A stretch of DNA of 64,000 nucleotides. Origin: Arcobacteraceae bacterium (lineage in GTDB: Bacteria > Campylobacterota > Campylobacteria > Campylobacterales > Arcobacteraceae). Below are positions 10,001 to 17,052 of the stretch, one piece after another (positions within the stretch are counted from its first letter, which is position 1; each line of letters begins with the position of its first letter). Where the stretch lies: positions 32,001-96,000 of the forward strand of contig CBDCZH010000007.1 in assembly GCA_965224485.1 (NCBI GenBank), in the 5' to 3' direction. A model generated the notes under the pieces. It did not search any database, had not been told where the DNA came from, and was given only the letters and a program-made list of their open reading frames with translations. The position numbers were made by a program, and so were the translations under genes.

Positions 10001-10435
10001 ATGAAATTATTAAAATTCTCTCTTCTTGTCTTGTTATTAAGTTCTGCAAATGCAGATTTTATTCAAAAAAGTGAAAATGTTTTAAAAGATAATACTACAA
10101 ATGTATTATGGCAAGATTCAAAAGATGCAAAAAGTAAAACTTTTACACATCAAGAAGCTATTTCTTACTGTAATAATCTAGACTTAGATGGAGAAAAAAA
10201 CTGGAAATTACCTGGTTTTATGGAACTCTTTTCCTTAGTTAATACAAAATCATATAATCCAACAGCATTTAAAGAGTTCAAATATATTGCTTCTGCTAAC
10301 TATTGGTCTTCTAAAGTTTTTTCTCATTCTGTAACAAATGAAGCTTTTGTAATTGATTTTAAATCTGGTGCTTTTAATAGAAATAAAATGAGTGATAAAT
10401 TTTATGTTAGATGTTATAAAGATTTAAAAAATTAA
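10001..10435 (+). CDS. Secreted DUF1566 (Lcl C-terminal) protein
   Basis: Signal peptide, LWQ, A..YC..L, WKLP...EL, YWSS, YVRC. Confidence 0.85.
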   Translation: MKLLKFSLLVLLLSSANADFIQKSENVLKDNTTNVLWQDSKDAKSKTFTHQEAISYCNNLDLDGEKNWKLPGFMELFSLVNTKSYNPTAFKEFKYIASANYWSSKVFSHSVTNEAFVIDFKSGAFNRNKMSDKFYVRCYKDLKN

Positions 10436-10530
10436 TTAAAATCAAGCCTCTTTAAACTCTAAATCAAAAATGATACTTTTTGGAGGCTTTTTATAAGTAT
10501 AATATATAGGTACTATAAAAGGGGTCTATT

Positions 10531-10872
10531 ATTTTAAAATTAATAATTTTTACACCTAAGATAAGAGGTGAATATTTCATAGAACAAACATTAAACAAAG
10601 AACTTATAAACAATATAGATAAATTACTTATTCAAGATAAAGAAGAATCTATTACTTTTACTATTAAACATCAAAAGAAAAAAAACTTTTTTAATAAAAT
10701 AATAAATTTATGCATAAAGTTTAATATTAAAACCGTTTTGGATTTAGAAATATATTTTAATGATATGGTAAAAACCAACTCTTTTATAGAAAAAGATTTT
10801 TCATATAAAATTACTAAACTAAAAAAGAGTTATTTAAATGATAAGATAATGATACAAATGGAAATAGCTTAA
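10531..10872 (+). CDS. Hypothetical ~113-aa protein with probable ATT start (not in ORF track)
   Basis: Stop-free frame 10519-10872; TATAAT at 10498-10503; SD AAGGGG ending 10524; ATT ATT at 10528/10531. Confidence 0.6.
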   Translation: MLKLIIFTPKIRGEYFIEQTLNKELINNIDKLLIQDKEESITFTIKHQKKKNFFNKIINLCIKFNIKTVLDLEIYFNDMVKTNSFIEKDFSYKITKLKKSYLNDKIMIQMEIA

Positions 10873-10887
10873 ATTCCAACTATTTCT

Positions 10888-13062
10888 TTATAATTTATGT
10901 ACTTTTAATCTTAGTGAATTTATTACTACAATAACAGATGAAAAACTCATAGCAATTCCTGCGTACATAGGTGTTAACATTAAAGCATAAAAAGGAAACA
11001 AAACTCCAGCTGCTAAAGGTATTCCTAAAGCATTATAAAAAAATGCCCAAAAAAGATTTTGTTTTATTATCTTCATTGTTTCAAAAGATAAATTAATACT
11101 TTTTAAAACTAAAGATATATCATTATTCATTAAAATAATATCCCCAGCATCTTTCGTAATATCAGAACCGGAATTTAAAGTAATTCCTATATCAGCTTGT
11201 TTAATAGAAATTGAATCATTTAATCCATCACCTACAAACATAACTTTAGAACCTTTTTGTAAGTTTTTAATAAACTCATATTTATCTTGAGGTAAAACTT
11301 CTGAGTAAACTTCACTTATACCTAAAGTTAAAGCAACTTTTTTAGCAGTTATTTTATTATCACCTGTTAATAGAATAGGCGTAATATTTTTATTTTTTAA
11401 ATCATGGATTAACTTTTTAGCACCATTTTTAAGTTTATCTTCTAGTGAAATTACTCCTATACAAGAAGCATTTAAACTAATTAATATAGCACCCTCTCCA
11501 TTATTTAAAACTTTTAAGAAAAAGTCTTCATTTTCTTTTGATATTTTTACCTTATGTTCATTCATTAATCTTAAATTTCCTATTAAAACCTCTTGCTCTT
11601 TGTAATAAGCCTTAATTCCTAAGCCTGGAATGATTTTGAAATCATCAATTTGTTTGGTACTTTTAATATTCATATTTTCTACATATCTAATAATTGCTTT
11701 TGAAATAGGATGTTCATTTAGTTTTTCAATAGAGGATAATAAAGATAGGTACTTTTCATCAATATTTATCTCTTTTACAGAAATTTCACCCTTAGTTAGC
11801 GTTCCTGTTTTATCAAATACTGCATATTTAATATCTTTTATAATCTCTAAAACTTCTGGATTTTTTATTAAAATGCCCTCTTTTGCTCCTTTTGCAACTG
11901 CACTTACAATTGCTATTGGAGTAGCTAGTCCTAAAGCACAAGGACAAGAAATAATTAAAACTGAAATAGAAGCTAAGATGGCTAATAAAGGATCATTTGC
12001 TAAAAAATACCAAAGTAGAAAAGTTAAAATAGAAATACCTATAACAATAGGAACAAAAACATTTGCTACTTTATCAGCAAACCTTGCTATTGGCATTTTT
12101 TTGCTTTGGGCATGGCTTAAAAGATCAATTATTTTAGAAATTGTTGTATCGTTTGAATTTTTTGATACTTTAATTTTTATTATAGAGTTAGTATTGATAC
12201 ATCCTGCACTTACCTCATCATTTATTGTTTTAAAAATAGGTAATGATTCACCTGTAATCATAGATGCATCAATATCAGCATTTCCTTCAATTATAAAACC
12301 ATCAGATGAAATTTTTTCACCCTCTTTTACTAAAACTATATCTCCTATATTTAGATTTTTTACTAAAACCTCTTTAAAATCACCATCGTTTAAAACTAGT
12401 GTGGCTAAACTTGGAGCTAGATTCATAAGTTTTTTTAAATAATCACTAGCCTTAGCTCTTGAACGCTCTTCTAATAATCTTCCTAAAAGAATAAAAGTTA
12501 TAATTACACTTGCTCCATCAAAATAAATAAATCTTAAATGAAGTGGAAAGATACTTGGAAATAAAACTACAAAAGCAGAATAAAAATAAGCAGCAGAGGT
12601 TCCAAGAGCTACTAAAACATTCATGTCATAGTTTTTATGCCTTAAGGCTTTATAAGCTAAGGAATAGAACCTTGAGCCACAATAAAATTGAACAATTGAA
12701 GCAAGAGCAAACATAAGGTAGTTATTATATGTATCAAGAGGAAAAAGAACAAAATAAAACATTAGAGTTGTAAAAGAAGCAGAAATTATAAATACATTTT
12801 TTAGTTTTTTAAAGGCTTTTTCTTTTACAAGTTCGAGAGCTTTTAAATCTTCTACAACTTCATAACCTAAACTTTTTATCTTAGCTATTAATTTACTTTT
12901 ATCTAAAACTTCACTATTTATAATAAATTCACCAGCATTAGAGCTAAAACTAACCTTAGATTCTTGTACACCTTTTAGTTTTTTTGTAACTTTTTCAATT
13001 CCATTAGAACAATTTACACAAGTCATGCCTGAAATATTTAATTTAATAAGCTCTTTTTGCAT
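10888..13062 (-). CDS. copA: Cu(I)-translocating P1B-type ATPase
   Basis: GMTCVNC HMA domain, TGES, CPCALGLA, DKTGT, HP, GDGLND, YN and MSFSS. Confidence 0.92.
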   Translation of the reverse strand: MQKELIKLNISGMTCVNCSNGIEKVTKKLKGVQESKVSFSSNAGEFIINSEVLDKSKLIAKIKSLGYEVVEDLKALELVKEKAFKKLKNVFIISASFTTLMFYFVLFPLDTYNNYLMFALASIVQFYCGSRFYSLAYKALRHKNYDMNVLVALGTSAAYFYSAFVVLFPSIFPLHLRFIYFDGASVIITFILLGRLLEERSRAKASDYLKKLMNLAPSLATLVLNDGDFKEVLVKNLNIGDIVLVKEGEKISSDGFIIEGNADIDASMITGESLPIFKTINDEVSAGCINTNSIIKIKVSKNSNDTTISKIIDLLSHAQSKKMPIARFADKVANVFVPIVIGISILTFLLWYFLANDPLLAILASISVLIISCPCALGLATPIAIVSAVAKGAKEGILIKNPEVLEIIKDIKYAVFDKTGTLTKGEISVKEINIDEKYLSLLSSIEKLNEHPISKAIIRYVENMNIKSTKQIDDFKIIPGLGIKAYYKEQEVLIGNLRLMNEHKVKISKENEDFFLKVLNNGEGAILISLNASCIGVISLEDKLKNGAKKLIHDLKNKNITPILLTGDNKITAKKVALTLGISEVYSEVLPQDKYEFIKNLQKGSKVMFVGDGLNDSISIKQADIGITLNSGSDITKDAGDIILMNNDISLVLKSINLSFETMKIIKQNLFWAFFYNALGIPLAAGVLFPFYALMLTPMYAGIAMSFSSVIVVINSLRLKVHKL

Positions 13063-13063
13063 T

Positions 13064-13417
13064 TTAATCCTTATTATCTTTAAGAAGTAAATTTAATAAT
13101 ACTTTTACTTCTTCATTACAAATATAATAAAAAGACATTTTTTTATCTTTTTTAAAGGTAACAATTTTCTTTTCTCTTAAGATTTTTAACTGGTGGGATA
13201 CATGTGATTGAGGAAGATTTAATATTTTAACCATCTCACCTACACAAATTTCGTACTTTAATAAAGCAAATAAGATTTTTAAGCGTATTGGATCACTTAA
13301 TGCTTTTAAAACTTGTGAAAACTTAGTAATATTTTCATTTTTAGGTAAATACTTATTAATGTCATCTAAATAAGAAATATCCTCACAGCAAGACCGTAAA
13401 GTTGATTCATTTTGCAT
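13064..13417 (-). CDS. ArsR/SmtB-family metalloregulator
   Basis: KALSDPIRLKIL, EICVGEM, QSHVSHQLKIL; N-terminal CC. Confidence 0.9.
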   Translation of the reverse strand: MQNESTLRSCCEDISYLDDINKYLPKNENITKFSQVLKALSDPIRLKILFALLKYEICVGEMVKILNLPQSHVSHQLKILREKKIVTFKKDKKMSFYYICNEEVKVLLNLLLKDNKD

Positions 13418-13418
13418 A

Positions 13419-13625
13419 TTAGTCTTCTATAATATCAAAACCAATATCAGACATTTCTTTTTTAAATAATTCTTCTTTAACTTCATTTTCAATTTCTAAA
13501 GTAACTTCTTTTGGATCTGAATTTAAATTTACTTCAATACCCGTAAATTCATCTTCAAGGGTTACTTTTATTAAATTTGCACATTTAATACAAGATATAT
13601 TTTTAGCCTTATATGTTTTTTTCAT
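13419..13625 (-). CDS. CopZ-like heavy-metal-associated chaperone
   Basis: 68 aa with NISCIKC CxxC motif. Confidence 0.85.
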   Translation of the reverse strand: MKKTYKAKNISCIKCANLIKVTLEDEFTGIEVNLNSDPKEVTLEIENEVKEELFKKEMSDIGFDIIED

Positions 13626-13632
13626 AATATTC

Positions 13633-13660
13633 CTTCATATGTAATTATTTTCATATGAAG
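13633..13660. promoter_or_regulatory. Probable ArsR/SmtB operator
   Basis: Perfect inverted repeat CTTCATATG-N10-CATATGAAG between the -10 region and SD of the copZ-arsR-copA operon. Confidence 0.75.
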
Positions 13661-13684
13661 ATATTAACATATATAATCTTTAAC

Positions 13685-14710
13685 TTATATAATTATATCT
13701 TTTGCTGTTATTTGATTTCTTCCATTTTCTTTTGAAAGATATAATAATTCATCAACTTTACTATATAAAGCAGAAGTGTTTATAGTAAATTCAACTTTTT
13801 TAATATTTCCTAATCCTATTGAAATAGTAACATAAGATGAATTGCTTGGATTTAAACACTCAATATGAAGGTCTTCTATTTTTACTCTTAAATCTTGCAT
13901 TAAAGTTATTGCATCACTTGAGTTTTTTACATCAAACAATATTCCAAACTCTTCTCCTCCTAATCTAAATACACTGTCATTTGGTCTATTTAGAGTTTCT
14001 TTAAGTATTTTAGATATTTTTTGTAAAACAATATCACCTTTTGCATGCCCAAAAGCATCATTATAATATTTAAAATAATCGATATCTATAATTGCAAATG
14101 AGAATTCATGTTCTGTTCTATTCAATGCAGATATTCTTTGATTAAAAATTTCATCAAAATACCGTCTATTGTATAAACCAGTTAGCCAGTCTGTTATACT
14201 CAAAGAGTTTAAAATTTCATTTTTTTCATCTAACAGTTTTAAGGTATTTTTATACTCACTTATATCTAACATAACGCCAACAAGTCCTAGAATTTCATTA
14301 TTTACAACAAAAGATGATTTGTAAAAGTTAAAATCTCTTGTTATTCCATCTGAGCATTTTACACTCGCTTCATACACTTGAACAGAAGGTTCACTTAAAA
14401 GTTCTTCATCTTTCTCATAATAAATATCAGCATGTTCTTTTGGTATTAGAGTAGGTAAATCATAAAGAGTTTTACCAATAATTTTTTCTTTCTTAATTCC
14501 TAAAATATTCTTAGAAAAAGCATCATTACAATGTTGATAAACACCATTTACATCTTTATAAAACATAGGATTTGGAATAGTGTCAAACAGCATAGTTAAG
14601 AAAGAATTTGTAATCTTTATATTCTCTTCTAAAGAAGGAAGAAGCTCTAGTTGTGATTCTAAATAATGAACTTGTTTTTCAAGTTCTTCATAAGTAGGTT
14701 TTTTAATAAT
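13685..14710 (-). CDS. PAS-GGDEF diguanylate cyclase; start extended to ATT near 14710
   Basis: PAS (PNPMFYKD), DWLTGLYNRR, DIDYFK, RLGGEEF; in-frame N-terminal KKPTYEELEKQV coiled coil behind SD AAGG. Confidence 0.88.
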   Translation of the reverse strand: MIKKPTYEELEKQVHYLESQLELLPSLEENIKITNSFLTMLFDTIPNPMFYKDVNGVYQHCNDAFSKNILGIKKEKIIGKTLYDLPTLIPKEHADIYYEKDEELLSEPSVQVYEASVKCSDGITRDFNFYKSSFVVNNEILGLVGVMLDISEYKNTLKLLDEKNEILNSLSITDWLTGLYNRRYFDEIFNQRISALNRTEHEFSFAIIDIDYFKYYNDAFGHAKGDIVLQKISKILKETLNRPNDSVFRLGGEEFGILFDVKNSSDAITLMQDLRVKIEDLHIECLNPSNSSYVTISIGLGNIKKVEFTINTSALYSKVDELLYLSKENGRNQITAKDIII

Positions 14711-14920
14711 AATAAAGCCTTTTTGTATAATATAATCAAGTATACTAGTTATTAACTTATATTATTAAATAATAATATAAACAAGGTAATAATTATTATT
14801 AATAGCTATATTTTATTATTTATTGTTTCATTTATCAAATTATTAAGTGTTTTTATAATATGTAAATAAATATTTTTTATATATTCTAATATTAGCTATA
14901 CTAAATTAAAAGGATAATAC

Positions 14921-15334
14921 ATGCAAGGAATATTTCATTTAGCTTATAATGTAACAAATTTAGAAGTAGCACGAGATTTTTATGTTAATACTTTGGACTG
15001 TAAAGAAGGAAGGAGTACAGATACCTGGTTAGATTTAGATTTTTTTGGTCATCAATTATCTTTACATTTAGGAGAACCTTTTATTACTAAAACTACAGGA
15101 AAAGTAGCTGAACACATAGTTCCAATGCCACATCTAGGAATTATTTTACAATATGAAGATTGGAAAATTTTAGCTAAAAATTTAGAAAAAAAAGAAATTA
15201 AATTTATAATAAAACCTGTACTTAGATTTAAAGGTTTACCAGGTGAGCAATATACTATGTTTTTTAAGGACCCATTTGGAAATCCTATTGAAGTAAAAGG
15301 TTTTCATGATTTATCTAAAGTATTCGACTTTTAA
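14921..15334 (+). CDS. VOC/glyoxalase-family protein
   Basis: FHLAY, GCxEGRS-like DCKEGRS, FFGHQL, DPFGNPIEVK. Confidence 0.9.
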   Translation: MQGIFHLAYNVTNLEVARDFYVNTLDCKEGRSTDTWLDLDFFGHQLSLHLGEPFITKTTGKVAEHIVPMPHLGIILQYEDWKILAKNLEKKEIKFIIKPVLRFKGLPGEQYTMFFKDPFGNPIEVKGFHDLSKVFDF

Positions 15335-15419
15335 AAGAAAACTTGTTTAATAATTATATTTTTTTATTTAAAATCTTTTTTATAAACTTTGTATACAATA
15401 CGAATAATAAAGGATTTCA

Positions 15420-16292
15420 ATGTTAAATAATTCACTAAATAAAATAAAATCTATAGATAAGGGTATTTTATTTATGATTATAAGTGCAGTCATTTCTGCA
15501 CTTAGTGGAGCTGTTGCTAAAATTTTATCTCAAAGCATGGATCCTATTGAAATAGTATTTTATAGAAATCTTTTAGGCGTTCTAATAATTTTATATTCTC
15601 TAAAAAAAATTCCTGTAAGTATAAATACTTCAAAACTTCACTTATTATTGTTAAGAGGTATTTTTGGAGCAGTTGCTATGTTATTCTTTTTTTATACTAT
15701 TGCAACAATTCCTCTAGGTGAAGCTGTAATATTAAATAAAACATCTCCATTTTTTGTAAGTATTCTTGCTTATTATTTAATGAAAGAATCTATTTCTAAA
15801 AGTACTATTTTTGCTTTAATTATTGGATTTATTGGAATTACATTAATTATAAAACCTTTTGATATTCAAATATCTCTTGATCATGTTTTTGGAATTTTAG
15901 GTGGTTTTTTTGCAGCTGCTGCTTATGCTACTATAAAGAAAATAAAAGATATTTATGATGCAAGAGTCATAATGCTTTCATTTACAAGTATAGGTGCTAT
16001 ACTTCCCTTAGTACTTTATTTATTTACACCTTATGTAAATTTCGAAGCAAATGCAGACCCAGTAGTTTGGCTGCTTATAGCATTTATGGCTATTTTATCA
16101 ACAGCTTCACAATGGTTTCTCACCCGCGCTTATAGTCTAAGTCCTGCAAGTATCATAGGAGTTGTAGGATATTCAAGTATCCCTTTTGCCCTAGGTTTTG
16201 GTTTAATGTTAGGAGATGCGTTTCCAGATATATATACCTTTGCAGGAATTGCCCTTATTATACTAGGAGGTATTTTAGTTAGTAAGAAATAA
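15420..16292 (+). CDS. EamA/DMT-family transporter
   Basis: About 10 TM segments, two EamA repeats. Confidence 0.9.
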   Translation: MLNNSLNKIKSIDKGILFMIISAVISALSGAVAKILSQSMDPIEIVFYRNLLGVLIILYSLKKIPVSINTSKLHLLLLRGIFGAVAMLFFFYTIATIPLGEAVILNKTSPFFVSILAYYLMKESISKSTIFALIIGFIGITLIIKPFDIQISLDHVFGILGGFFAAAAYATIKKIKDIYDARVIMLSFTSIGAILPLVLYLFTPYVNFEANADPVVWLLIAFMAILSTASQWFLTRAYSLSPASIIGVVGYSSIPFALGFGLMLGDAFPDIYTFAGIALIILGGILVSKK

Positions 16293-16382
16293 GTATAAAT
16301 ATGATTACTAAAATAAGTTAAAATTACAAAAGCACCTTCGGTCAACAAAGACCATTTCATATATTTATGGTATAATTTTGGT

Positions 16383-16658
16383 ATGATATTTGAATATGAT
16401 GAAAAAAAAAGTATAAGTAATAAAGTAAAACATAATATTAGTTTTGATGAAGCAAAAGAATTATGGCAAGATCCATACTCTTTTGAATTACCAGCAATTC
16501 AAAATGAAAACGAAGATAGATTTTTAGTATTAGGTCAAATTAATTCTAAAAATTATACAGCAATAATAACTTACAGAAATAAAAACATTAGAATAATTTC
16601 AGTAAGAAGATCAAGAGAAAAGGAGATTAAACTTTATGAAAGCATCACAACTAGATAA
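16383..16658 (+). CDS. BrnT-family toxin
   Basis: FEYDEKKS..N..KH.ISF..A, EDRF..LG, RIISVRRS..KE. Confidence 0.88.
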   Translation: MIFEYDEKKSISNKVKHNISFDEAKELWQDPYSFELPAIQNENEDRFLVLGQINSKNYTAIITYRNKNIRIISVRRSREKEIKLYESITTR

Positions 16659-16881
16659 AAAATTTGATGATAATCAAGATGATATCTTAGATTATTTTGA
16701 TACCTCAAAAATAAAAATGATAAATGAAGAACCTAAAAGAGTAAATATTGATTTCCCAACGTGGATGGTACAATCACTAGATAAAGAAGCAAAACACATA
16801 GGTGTTAGTAGACAAGCAGTAATCAAAATGTGGTTAGCAGAAAGACTAGAAAGTTTAAATAAAAAAGCAATAAGAGCTTAA
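16636..16881 (+). CDS. BrnA/CopG ribbon-helix-helix antitoxin
   Basis: KRVNIDFPTWM..LDKEA..IGVSRQAVIK; overlaps the toxin gene. Confidence 0.85.
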   Translation: MKASQLDKKFDDNQDDILDYFDTSKIKMINEEPKRVNIDFPTWMVQSLDKEAKHIGVSRQAVIKMWLAERLESLNKKAIRA

Positions 16882-16905
16882 AAATATAATCAGTACACTA
16901 AAACC

Positions 16906-17052
16906 AAAAGTAGATGTAAAGCATTAGGTTTTACAAGAAATCAAGGCGAAGTCAAATTTTAAAGCGGAGCGTACGGCTTTAGTACGTGAGCATTTAAAAT
17001 TTAGTCTTCAACGCAGAGTTATTGAAAAAGATGATGTTTTACAGCTACTTTT
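16906..17052 (+). repeat. ERIC-like nested-hairpin element, copy 2
   Basis: CAAGGC 16942, GGAGCGTAC 16966, GTACGTGAG 16982, AACGCAG 17010; arms overlap the mfd TAG. Confidence 0.85.

Noticed and set aside
16402..16410. Poly-A/T tracts as phase-variation sites
   Set aside because: Expected at this AT content; frames are intact and no long poly-G/C tracts were seen
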